64,000 nt of DNA from Macrostomum lignano (taxonomy: Eukaryota), in the NCBI GenBank assembly GCA_002269645.1, contig NIVC01002423.1:47322-111321 (forward strand), written 5' to 3'. Below, one piece after another: positions 24,985-36,254 of this stretch (positions are counted from its first letter, which is position 1; each line of letters begins with the position of its first letter). Under the pieces are notes generated by a model that saw only the letters and a list, made by a program, of their open reading frames with translations, did no database searches and was not told the DNA's origin. The position numbers were made by a program, and so were the translations under genes.

Positions 24985-25840
24985 CTAGAAGCTCAGCCTT
25001 TGTGAATGATCATGTGGGGCTTTTGAATTTAAGGCTTGGGATAGAAAATAGTAATCACTGGATGCTGATGTGAAATTCCTATCTATCTTATGTACATCAA
25101 GACTTAAGTATGGGTATGTTGCTCTTCTCTTTGTGTCCTTTTCTAGCTCTCCTGGTAAGTAAAGGAGGCGAACGAATTCAGAGTAAGTAAGAATTTCTGG
25201 AGAATATATTCCTATCTGATGTTTTGATTTAACTGTGTCTTGTTTGATGGCAGTAATTGGTTTCAGGTTTGTCACTTGAGATGCTTCATTGTTCAGTTGA
25301 TTTATTTCAGTGGGGAGTCTTTCTGTCCACTTGGTATAGGATCTTTCCACAAAAGCCTGGTCTCTGTAGAGCTCAGTTCTTCTGTAGCACATTTTCGTAT
25401 TGTTTTTTCCAAAAGAGATTTGACTGCACCCATGAATTATTTTCTAGGATCAGTCATAAAGGTTTGGGGGTATGTGAGCGGAGAGTTTTAATTTCTTGGA
25501 GGGCAGCTGCAACTGCTTCTGACTTCTTTGTCTTGAGTAGTCTCGCTTCCTTATATCTGGAGGCAATGTATATAACTATGAGAGCATACTTGTAGCCTCA
25601 GTCATTGGGGAGAAACAAGATCTGCTTGGTACGCCTCATTAGGTTTATAATGCTAAAGTGAGGTGTTGTAAATTGAAGAGGTAGGAAGTAGACTTCTTGG
25701 TAGACTGCTTGCTTGGAAAGCCATCTTTTAACTATTTGCTTTGATTCATTACTTAGTTCTGCGAGTTTGGTGACTGCATTTTTTCCTAAAAAGAATGCTT
25801 TGTTGCTGTAGTAGAGCTTTTAAAGTCTCTGCTCTGTCAT
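24985..25840 (-). pseudogene. Polinton/Maverick retroviral-type (rve) integrase, degenerate
   Basis: KLYY...VKRWLSKQAVY...GYKYALIVIYIASRYKEARLLKTKKSEAVAAA (catalytic D region eroded), and C-terminal LLYLPGELEKDTKRRATYPYLSLDVHKI. Contains stops and frameshifts. Confidence 0.8.
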
Positions 25841-25864
25841 TTTTTAAAGAAGATTTTTAATAAA

Positions 25865-26430
25865 ATGCAACGCTCTGGTGGTAACTTAGATTCACATGGA
25901 CTGATAGAAAAGCTTCCTCATCCAAACGAAGGCTGGACAATTCCCAGCTACAAATATTGCGAGTCTTTGAATCCGCTTGAAATTCAGTTAGATAAAAACA
26001 ATAATCAAAATCCTGGGCATGAGCCGGTGAACAAGCTAGACTCTGTCTGCATGTGGCACGACGTTAAGTATAGGGATTTTTCAGAGAAGAATTGCTGGGA
26101 CAAAGAAATGCTTAGGAGACTAGACAATATGGGGACTTCAAGCGGGTGGATGGAATCGATCACTCGGAAGCTAGTTAAAGCTGTTATTTTTCGTGGGACA
26201 AATCTGGGATTGGGGATTGGCGGCTGTTGGGAGAAGGGGTGGGTTTTGTATTGCATGCTCCTAATGAAGAACTAGGAAGACTGCTGAGAGAGCTGGGGGT
26301 TGAAAGAGCAGAATTATTCAAGCCAAAAAATAGGGCTCATTTTTTTGGATTGGAGGGGTGTTTGGGAGAAAGGTTAGGTTTTCTATTGCACGCGCCCAGT
26401 AAAAAAACAGGCAGACTGCTGCAACAGTGA
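25865..26430 (+). pseudogene. Parvovirus-VP1u-type phospholipase A2 domain protein (adintovirus PLA2X-like)
   Basis: IPSYKYCESLNPL...PVNKLDSVCMWHDVKY...DKEML...NLGLG. HDxxY is intact and the Ca-binding GP is altered. Frameshift near 26230 leads into a duplicated GFxLHAP motif. Confidence 0.75.
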
Positions 26431-27047
26431 AGAGTTTGTATTGATGTTGATCATTGAGAGAATGTGAGCTGCTTAAACATAGCTGTCGCTGTTGTAGCCT
26501 GCTATGTGCAAATGCTTTTTTAAGCAGTGTACAAATTATGCTTAGTTGAGCAGATGGAGAATATGTTGGGGGGGGGGTGCCAAGTGTGGATTTGAGTAAG
26601 GACAGTTTTTTATTCCCTAAAGAGTTGCGCACAATAGGGATTCTCTCATTCTCCCAGAAAAGCAGAAAAGGAAAAAATCAACCGCTTCGCCGCCATTAGC
26701 ATGCATGGACTGTGTATGTTGGGATTCTCTCCTTGACTGATATTGATTAATTGCCAAATTGCGAGGCCAGTTGGCCTGCCTATTCGGCCTCAGCCTCGGA
26801 ATTTGGTCCGCCTAGTTTGCCTCTATGAATATTTAAAAATAGTCATGACAGCAATTTTTTCTTCTAGAACTTTCTATAGTCTTCTTTATTAAATTCAAGG
26901 AAGAATTGTGCATGTCTCTTCTGCCAAAACATGCCGTCTCTTTCGACTCTCAAGGAACGCATTGTTGCATTGAAACAGAAACAAAGAAGTAAACTTATAC
27001 CCCCCCCCACATCCAGCCACAGAAAATCTGACTTAAGAAGGATAAAT

Positions 27048-27740
27048 ATGGAAGTATTTCTTCAAGAAGACGAGCCGCAATATAAGGAAAATGAACTGTT
27101 TTTGCAACGTCTTCGGGGGTATTGATCCTTGCGAAATAAGATTCACTGGTTGGTCAAACGTTCTTAATGTGACGGCAGCAAATAATAAGTTTTATTACAA
27201 ATGGAAAGGTGTGGCAGCAGAAGCTGTGGTATTCCCTGTGAGCACGCAAAGTGTGGATATTTACAATTACTTTCTAGAAAACGTCTTTACTAAAAGAGGC
27301 CATTTTAAGACACCTGATCTGAGTAGGCCAGAACTGTTCCCTGTCAAACTAGCCTATGATCTCACTGTAATGAGAGTTCACAAAGATGCGGAGGTTGAGT
27401 TTAAAGATGACACTTGGTATAGGGAATTGGGATTTGAGCAGAAAGCTTAGGGTAGAATCCACGGCGCGGACTGGAACTGAAGCGCCAGAATCATCGTGGG
27501 TTGTTAGCATGGCCCGGGAAAGTGTAAGCGGTTTGTTCTTAGCACCCAATATTGCAGACATTGTAAAAGGTTTGAATATTCGAATCAGAAGTAATCTCAG
27601 TCTTGATTGGGTTTTTTTACGGGAAAGCGAACGAATATTAAGGGAAAGCGAAACGAGTAATAAGGAGATTCACGAGATTGTGCTACAGTTCCAGACTGAA
27701 GATGTGATCCCTATTGCAGCGCATGGCTTAAGTACGCCAG
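27048..27740 (+). pseudogene. Polinton minor capsid (penton-like) protein, frameshifted
   Basis: GWSNVLNVTAANNKFYY...FP...DIYNY...EVEF...RELGF, then DIVKGLNIRIRSNL...EIHEIVLQFQTEDVIPI. This follows the single jelly-roll penton pattern. Confidence 0.65.
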
Positions 27741-27742
27741 AC

Positions 27743-29560
27743 TTAAGTAGCTGCACTGATTGCCGGTGTCTTACGAAAAACGCCACTAGCTTTTCGCAGC
27801 CACTCCTTGGCTATCGCAGTCACTGTCTGTGGCATTGAACTGACGGACGGCGGCAAATGCCACGCCAGCCTTGCCCGCAGCTCCAGCGTCTCGTCCAGCT
27901 GAATGGCGCCCTGCTGGCACTGGCGCTTCATGCTGGTGTAGACGCTCTCAACGATTGCCTCGGGACCGCGCTTCGCCAATGCCCAGTCGTATAGGGCGCA
28001 CAGCTTCGTCCCAAATTTTTCGTAGACGGCGGGCTCTCGATAAATAGCAGCACAGAACGCTCCTTCACTAACTCGTAAAGGCACTGGACCATCGCCGAAA
28101 TCTACCATGAAGTCGGACTCGGAGGAATCTGATGAGGCCGACATCATCATTACGCGGTCATCTGGGCAATCTGTGCCGAATATTGCCTGTGAGATGTAGT
28201 AAAGCTGAGCTGAGACTAGATCGGAATTCAAAACAATTTAAAAAACCAAAATATAATAATATATCTTTTTTCACCTGCCGGCAGCACCTGGCAGCAGCGT
28301 CATCTTCCCAGACTATGGCCCACAGGGCGTCACGCCAGGCCCGATGGAGCTGCAGTGCGTTGGAGTCGGCCAGCAGCTCGCGAATGCATTGCCTTGTTCT
28401 TGCTGCGCCGACCGCTGCGCAGAAGGCCTGCTGGCCGTGGACAAGGAAGGCCCCTTCGAAGCGCAGCCGCACCATTCCTTGCCGCCGACTGCCGCAAAGT
28501 GCTCGCAGGTAGCCGTGGAGCCCGAAAGACGCCTCTAACAGGTGAAGAAAATTCGGCACGGATTCCGAGCTCCGGCGGCTTAAAGACTCGCAAAGTCTGT
28601 TCACCATGGCCAGCGACGCCTTGAGGGCTGCTTCCACCGTGTGGTCGCAAGATTCGCAAGACTGGCCTTCATCATGGGAGCCTGGAAGTTGCGGTCGAAT
28701 CGGAAAATTTACGGTAAAAATTTAATCATTACAGTAATACACCACAGTGCCACACACTGCCTCACTTACCTGCGTCCGCAGCGTCCTCGGAGTCGGTGGA
28801 CTCTGTATCCGAATCTGCCGACTCTTCGCCGTCGACGTCGTTGCCAGTGGTGGGGAATGGAATGACCGCCGAAGTGGTAACCTCCAGGCTACGGAAGCGA
28901 CCATTCCGCAGCTCTTGCAGGTGACGGCCGATGTAGTGTAAGTGCAACTGATTGCCGTGATTCGCGTCGGGCTGGTTCAGGCCCTGCATTCCTATCTTTA
29001 TTTGCTCCAGCGTAACAGCCAGTGCCGACAGGTCGCCGATTACGTGCCAACCGGGCAGCTGAAGATTTTGCCCGCGCAGCATGACTGCGCAAATCGGCTT
29101 TAGCACATCATGCAGCACGAGCAGCTCAACTATGCATGGGGCCGACTGCAGGTAGGCCAGGCGGTCGCGATCTTTTCTCGACAGTCGGCGGCTGGTCCCG
29201 GAAAGGGTTGCCAACCAAATGGGCAGCTCCGACACGGTCTTCTCGACCACTGCAAAGTTTGAAGACGCAAAGCGCGTGGCGCTGAAGGACTGCGTCTTTC
29301 GCGCCTTGCGATCTTCCAACATGGCCGCAAATTGGTCGGCTGCCACGGTCATCTTGCCGCGCTGCAACTTTTTGTGTAGCCAGCGAAGGGCGGCTACAGT
29401 GCGCTGCATTGCTGGGCTCAACCGCAGCACATCACGTACCATGAGGTCTAACCAGTGCGGCGGATCCCACACGACGTCAAAAAAGGCCAGGTCAACTTCA
29501 TCATATTCATTCCCGAATGTTAACTTTGTTATAATTCAATAGAACTTTCCAGAAGTTTCC
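27743..29560 (-). mobile_element. hAT-like DDE transposase gene fragment with short spliceosomal introns, 5'-truncated
   Basis: WDPPHWLDLMV (CxxH-equivalent), TRFASS and PEAIVES motifs. Introns at about 28769-28684 (GTAAGT...TTCCAG) and about 28274-28190 (GTGAAA...TCACAG). No TIRs were found. Confidence 0.65.
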
Positions 29561-29759
29561 GTTGGACACTATAAATACACGTAGCCAAGGCGTGCAACCT
29601 CCAAGGCTCTTTTCCTTTCCTTCTCGTCGCTCAATCATACGATTAATGAACGACCAAAAACCACCGCCTTTGCTCTACGATTCATTCTGATTCCGTTACA
29701 GCATCAGTCAGCAGGCAGTCGATGTAGCGTTGAGTACGCGCCTGTCCTCGCCGGTAGGG

Positions 29760-30010
29760 TGCCTGCACCGTGAGCAGCAGCACGGTGCTGCAACTTCCGA
29801 CACACCGCGCCGCACCTCTCCCACTGCACAGTGCCTCCTTGCCGTGCCGTGCCTCCCGCCGCGCTGCACCTCCCACTGCGCCGCGCCTCCCACCGCGCCG
29901 CACCTCGCCACCGCGCTGCACCCCCCACCGCGCCGCACCTCCCAGTTGCGCCACGCCACATCGCGCCGCGCCGCACCAATGCTGCGCCGCGCAGGCTGAT
30001 CCGCGCCGGA
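29760..30010. repeat. GC-rich degenerate CCGCG/CCGCA short-period repeat
   Basis: Runs of CCGCGCCGCACC and variants; these produce many spurious ORFs. Confidence 0.8.
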
Positions 30011-30171
30011 CGCCGTCCGCCAAAATGCCCATGCGCTGCAATCAGGGATGTGATGGGTGTTGATTTCAATGGTGAAGAGCTTGTATTGACGTTCATCATT
30101 GAGAGAATGTAAGAAAAAATTACAATTACAAAAGTTGAAATCAATATAGATTATAGTAAATTCTTTCTTCT

Positions 30172-30207
30172 GACGCGTTTCGGCCCAACAATGACCATCT
30201 TCAGGGT
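30172..30207 (-). ncRNA. Second minimal hammerhead ribozyme motif (isolated PLE pseudo-LTR fragment)
   Basis: Minus strand reads CUGAAGA-U-GGUC auuguug GGCC-GAAA-CGCG-UC. No stem I partner 3' of the cleavage site. Confidence 0.65.
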
Positions 30208-30390
30208 CTGGTGTATTTTTAACTCACACAACAGCTTTATAAGTGAACAAATGTTAACTGTACAGTCCAAAGGGCATGTCATGGGCAGATTATAAGTGAA
30301 CAAAAATGTTAACTGTACAGTCCAAAGGGCATGTAATGGGCAGATTATAAGTGAACAAATAATTTGGACCGCGCATTTTCTCTACATTAA

Positions 30391-32822
30391 GCGAAAACCC
30401 GTATGGTCAGGCTGACCATAGACTACTGCTATGTAAAATTATAGTGCTGCTTTAACATCGCCAAAACCCGTTACTTGAGAGAGTGTGTTTGGAACACTCT
30501 GTGACCTGCTTTGGGGTTTCAGCCATAGAACCTATCACTGTGGACTGCTTCTGCCCTTCCTTCCTCGTACCTACTAAGTCACTATCCCTAGAAAGATTTT
30601 TCTCCTTTACATTCAATCTAGATTGTTTGCCTCTTCATTTTAAGAAGAATTGTCATATAATTTGCTATTTCGACGGATAAGTAATAATGAGTCTTCATCA
30701 ACTTCTTACAAGCGACGAGTCCAACAGCTCATCGACTGAGTCAGATCAGGACTCAGTTTTTGAAGTAATTGAGGAGCCAACCTTGGAGATGAAGGATGAG
30801 GAAAACGAATGGACAATTGTCAACGACGGAGAAGATGACAGAGCTGGGCAGCTTCCCGAGTTTCTCGGAGTCCACGGTATGAATCCTGGTGTTCAAGCAC
30901 CAGCAAATGAGCCGTTACTCTTTTTCAACTTATTCACGAAGGACATTATTAGTCATTTGAAAGAATTCACCAATGCTCGCGCATGGGAGGAGCTGCGAAT
31001 CTTTGAGAACGAAGAGGATGACCAGCAGCTGCCACCGAGATTGACCGATTGGAGAGACTGTGCAGATGATGAGATAAAAAAGACCATCGCAATAATATTT
31101 TACATGGGAATCGTGCGCAAGCCAGAGATAAAAAACTACTGGGCCACTGGAAAGTTTTATGACAACCAGTTGTTCCTGAGTGAAAACTGCCTGTCTCGAA
31201 ACCGGTTCCAACAAATCTTATCTTTTCTGAGGTTCTACGACTGTCGCGTTGGTGACAATGACGATCCGCTTCGCAAAATCCGCCCGTTCTTGAACTCAGT
31301 AAAGGAAGTTTGTCAGCAGAATTTTCAGCCTGACAGGGACATCGCTGTTGACGAGGAGCTTGTTCAGCACAAAGGACGACTAGCGTTCAAACAGTATATT
31401 CCCAGCAAGCGGGCTAGATATGGAATTAAGGCCTATTGTCTTTGTGACTCCAAGACCGGTTACTTATGGAGCGTCCTCGTTCATTCGACAGCTGAGGAAA
31501 ACAGCAAGTTTGGCAGCGAATTCGTCGACTACAACCTGTCCATCAGCGAGCGAATAGTGGTGGAGCTTCGAAGGACCTGCTAAATCTTGGCTACAGGGTG
31601 TTTGTTGGCAGTTATTTCTCCTCCCGACGACTGGCCGAGTTTCTACTAGCTCACAGTACCTTACTAACAGGCACCGTTCGCTGTGACCGCGGCATTCCAG
31701 TCGAGCTCCGGCAGATGCCAGCAGTGCCTCCATCCCACTGCTACATGCGAAGCGGTGATGTTTTGGCAGTGAAGCTGACAGACAGAAAAGCAAGCGGTAT
31801 TAAGACAGTCTACCTGCTTGACACCTTCGGTACGGCCCAGAGCACTGCGCGACAACGGTACAGACGAGGTGGACAAATGGAGGTTGTTCGAAAGCCGGTG
31901 ACTGTGACGGACTACTCAAAGTCCATGGGTGGTGTCGACCGCCTTGACTCTGCGCTGCAGCCCTACCACCCAAGCAGAAAGATGTACCGCTGGCACCAGA
32001 AGCTCGGAATTCATTTCCTATTGCAGCTGTCGCAAAATGCCTGGATTTTGTTCCGGCACTCCGGCGGCTCACTGACTTTTCTGAAGTTCATGGAACAACT
32101 GATCGTTGCCCTGATAGACAGCTCAGGGCCTGGAAAAAGACGGTGCGTCCACCCATCGCGTCCTGTTGCCGATGCTGTTCACTTGCCCAGTAACACGTCG
32201 CTGCAGAGTCTGCTATCGCAATGGCATCACCAAACGTACCGTCTTCGTCTGTCAGCAGTGCCCGGGTCAGCCCGGCTTGTGCATCCCTGACTGCTTTCGA
32301 GCCTGGCACTCGTAGGCTGAGAGGAGAGTTGTTCGTTTTACTCCTGCCGACTACCTGTTATTGTCTTGCCTCACATTGCATAAAAGTTAGGTAGTGTAAT
32401 AGCAACAGAAGTAAAGCTACATTTACTGGATCTTTTGCAAAATTTATTAGAAAAGAACTCAAAGCAATGCTACATCTGGAAGCTAGAAATTCAAAATATT
32501 GAGACCATTTCAAAGTTTTAACTACTAAGAACTTGAAAAAGTTTCAAAAAGTCGAAAACAGAACGTTATTTACTAGTTCAGCACCCTACTATTCAGGTGC
32601 GATTGAGCAGACAGCTTCGAGCTATGCTCTTTCACCCGTTTAGCAGAGTGAGAAAAGGAATTTTAGTAATTCATGTTTTTTGTGAAAATTTTTTCATGTT
32701 TTTGATATTTTTGACGATATTTTTGAGTTTTTGACATGCTTGAATGCATGTTTTCTCGTTATTATACTTCATATAGACTACTTACAGCCATGGTCAGCCA
32801 AGCTGACCATATGGGTTTTCGC
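30391..32822 (+). mobile_element. piggyBac element with a decayed PGBD4-like transposase (30687 to about 32315)
   Basis: AVDEELV...YIPSKRARYGIK, MGGVDRLD, and a shifted-frame CRVC...CQQC...LC..DCF..WH zinc finger. TTAA|GCGAAAACCCGTATGGTCAG is inverted at 32803-32822. Two frameshifts; DNY reads GSY. True ends are uncertain. Confidence 0.88.
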
Positions 32823-33026
32823 GATATGCTGTTAAGTGAAGACAAAAGTTAAGTCTATGGCCATAAAGAGTTGGATTTTAGCTAAAGTGATGCATGGTCA
32901 GCCACGCTGACCATCGGATTTGAAGATGTTCCAAAGGATGGTAAAATGTGAAAATATGATGGCATCGAGCATGTGTTAATAATGTTGCTTGGAAGGGTTA
33001 TTATTTGATTGGGTTTCCTAGTCTAC

Positions 33027-33716
33027 TTAATTAACTGGCCTGAGATTTAAAGTATTCTGAGCAGACAGGTAAAGTAGTCCGTTTACTGGGATTAGTTGGC
33101 GGACGGGGTCGAACCGACTGGCGATAAATTCGAGCTGTTCGGCGGTCGCCCTCATGCAAGTTGGACCCCGCGCCTTCCCTTCTGCGTATTGTAGGCAGTA
33201 CGAGCAGGTGATTTCGAAACACCTAATTGCCTCTTCTGGCGTTGCCGTGGTTAGGAACTGGACGCAGGCCTCCGGTAACTGGGCCTCGAACCGCCCCGTT
33301 CTTCCCGTGGCCAGGATAAATTGTTTCAGGTCGCGATGGCACTTGCGGAACTTCCACGCCTGTGTACCGGGGCTATCCTGTCGTCCGGTTTTGGTCTCCT
33401 CAGGGGCCGGCTTGTCGCCCAAGTCCACCCTGAGCAGCGTCGCATAATCTATGAGCGAATCTGATGCAGGCTCAAGCTGGCTCTGCTCTGGCTGGCACTG
33501 CTCTGGCTGATACTGCTCCAGCTGGCACGTCGGTTGGTCTGTGGCCGTCTCCTCCGGTTCGTCGATGGGATCCACCCCTTCCTCCTGCTGCCGAATTTCC
33601 TCCATGAATCTTGCCATCTCATCCCTAAACTCGACCTCCTTTCTCTCAGTCTCTTTTTCCAACTCCTCCAGATATACGCCGACAACTAGTCTTCCTTCCG
33701 GATCGCCTTCCTCCAT
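33027..33716 (-). CDS. Orphan 229-aa ORF (acidic coiled-coil N-terminus), unknown function
   Basis: Open frame from ATG with non-random composition; no family recognised. Confidence 0.35.
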   Translation of the reverse strand: MEEGDPEGRLVVGVYLEELEKETERKEVEFRDEMARFMEEIRQQEEGVDPIDEPEETATDQPTCQLEQYQPEQCQPEQSQLEPASDSLIDYATLLRVDLGDKPAPEETKTGRQDSPGTQAWKFRKCHRDLKQFILATGRTGRFEAQLPEACVQFLTTATPEEAIRCFEITCSYCLQYAEGKARGPTCMRATAEQLEFIASRFDPVRQLIPVNGLLYLSAQNTLNLRPVN

Positions 33717-34429
33717 TCTGCTGCCCTAACTTTGATTTTGCACTGGCATTAACTGCTCATTATGTTGATTTTGCACTGGCAGAAACTGCACCGCATCTTC
33801 GTACTCATATTCGCTCTCTGAGTCGTGGTACATATTCGGCTGACTATTGGCTAACTGTTCCCTAATGCACTGCTTCTTCTGCTCTTTTAGCTTAGTACTA
33901 GTAATGAAGGCTCAAGCTGTACATAAGGTCGGAGCGCTAACATAGTGAAGCATAGAGTCCAGTTCTAAAAAAAACGAGCGACCCAAGACCAGCGACCCAT
34001 TCAACAGCAGAGTGGAAAATGACGACGGCTTCACACCAGTACAATATGGTAATATTGCGGTTCCCACGGCTACGGAATACGAAGAATCACTTCGGGTGTG
34101 TCAAAGTAATGTCATAAGCAACCTTTCATGGTCAAACAGGCCGCGTTGCAGTGTTTCTGGCAGATGACGGACAAACATACAAGCTGAGATGGAGAAGCTC
34201 TATGAGCACTACCAGTGTGTGATTGATATTGGGAGATGTTGTTGATTGATACAATTTTGTTTATCTACGATTGCAAGTTCGTCTGCTTTTATATCAGTGC
34301 ATTGCTTATGACACGCCCGAAGTAAACTCCTGCATTAGTCTTCTGCGCTAAACAAACAGCTGGCATCTATGTATAACAAAGTTTCCATTTTTTAGCCCCT
34401 ACATGATTCGTAAGAACTGTTCATTCCGC

Positions 34430-34500
34430 TACTGCTGCTGCTTCTGCTGTTGTTGCTGCTGCTGCTGCTGTTGTTGTTGTTGTTGTTGTTGTTGTTGCTC
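34430..34500. repeat. (CAG/CAA)n trinucleotide microsatellite
   Basis: CTGCTG/TTGTTG run on the + strand. Confidence 0.9.
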
Positions 34501-34826
34501 ATCTTGCTGATGCCGCTGTTGCTTTTGCTCGTTAGGAGCTGCGTGTGGCAGAGTTTTTGGGGGTTGCCTTGGAGAAATTACGTTGAAAATAATTATTAAA
34601 TGCGTGTACACGAAGGTGGACAAGCGTGGTACTTGCAGTCTAGGCTTACTGGTTTTTTCTACTTTAGAACTTAGTGGATTTTCGGGGTATATTGGTAGAT
34701 TTCGCTGCCACCAGTTTCCTGCTTTCCCTAATTCTGGTATTTAGAGTTAAAGAATTGAGTCAGGATACCAATGAGATTTCTAGCAACACAAGTTTTACTA
34801 ATAATAATAAAATGTTTTAACGTACA

Positions 34827-34926
34827 AGTAGTAGTATGTTATAAGGGGCTGCGCCACACTTGATTGCTCGGGCGCATTGCGCGCCAGCTCGCTGGATGAC
34901 TCAGCCCCTTATAACATACTACTACT
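34827..34926. other. 100-bp unit bounded by perfect 25-bp inverted repeats starting AGTAGTAGT
   Basis: AGTAGTAGTATGTTATAAGGGGCTG (34827-34851) and CAGCCCCTTATAACATACTACTACT (34902-34926). Confidence 0.85.
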
Positions 34927-35781
34927 ACCAGGAGGTCAGAGTTGCAAGTGGTGTGTGATAAATATAAAAATACATAAATATACATATATCTGTGAGTGAG
35001 GGTGTTGAGGGTGAGGGCATGTGGGGGCATTGGCATGTGGAATTTCACAGAACACAGATTTTCCGGAATTTTTATACTTTTTAAAAAGGGGGGTGCCCTT
35101 GCCCTCATGCCCTCACTCATTTTGAAAATCACTAAAAATAAGTGAAAAATTGACTAAAAACAGGTGAAAATGGTCTGAAAACAGCGATTTTTTGTGATTT
35201 TCAAAAAATTGAAAAAGTGCAATTTTCACGATTCCAACTCTAAAACCATGAGAAAAGTTGGATTCACGGGTCAATTTAATGCAATTTCAGGTATATACAA
35301 TATGAAAGTGTCATCCAATTCAACGATAGGAAATTTTATATATTATAAAATGGCCTTCAGTAAACCAATATTTCTAGGAAATGCCTTAGATATTCAGTCA
35401 GCTATAACAAAACTACCACCCATCTTTTCCAGTGGAAAGTATCCTGGCGAATTTCATATACGAGGGTATTCTTTTGCAAGCCAACAGCTCTGACTCACAA
35501 TGCTGATGATGTATCAGAACCCCTTAACGTGGCACATTTTTGTCTATTTTTAGAATTAGAAAAAAATAAATGAAGCAAACACAAAAGACTCTCAGACACA
35601 CAGAGTGGGTGGCTCCACTGGAGCACAAAGGCAGCCTTTATTTCAAAGAGTTGTTTTCAAGGTATATACTAAGGTAAGTAGCGCGGAGTGAATGTTTGAA
35701 TGATAATTGTCACTTTAAGTAGTAGCATGTCAATTTTTCTGGACGTCCAGAAAAAATTCTGGATATTTGTCTGTCATGTGT

Positions 35782-36254
35782 TTATTCATCAATAGAAGCG
35801 CTTCCCATTTCGCTAGTGGCTGCTTCAATCGTGTCGTTCTCTTCTTCATCAAGCATGCTGTCATCCTCTCCTTCAAAGTGCAGTACGATGTCGAGTTCGA
35901 GGCGGCATGCGAAATTCTCATCTTCTGATGCTCTTTGTTCAATTGCCTTCTTGAACGTCAGAAGGGTCTCAAAGCAATATCCAGAAATTACCAGACTCGG
36001 GTACTTTGTTGTTAGCTTGTAGAATGTAAATAGTCGCTGGGCAAACTTCACATCTATATCTAGCTTTCTCGCAACTCCTTCAATGCTCAGTCCGAGTTTT
36101 TCTTGCAACGCAGCAATTACTTCTGCTTCTTCTTACTGGCAATACAACCCAGCACTTCAAGGTCGGCGATGAAACCCTCCAGTTGATTGAACCGTTGGAT
36201 CATGCGAGTCTCATCATCGCCAATGATAGATGTGCACACCTTTGCGTTGTAGAA
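35782..36254 (-). pseudogene. Exon 2 of an unknown spliced gene whose exon 1 lies at 43587-43296
   Basis: Removing the Chapaev and LINE insertions restores ...IKTR|FYNAKVCTS... across a 74-bp GTAAGT...TAG intron (39774-39701). One frameshift near 36130 leads to ...FTFYKLTTKYPSL... Confidence 0.7.

Noticed and set aside
29682-30144. Several overlapping Arg/Ala/Pro-rich ORFs
   Set aside because: Produced by the GC-rich short repeat; no domain signal.
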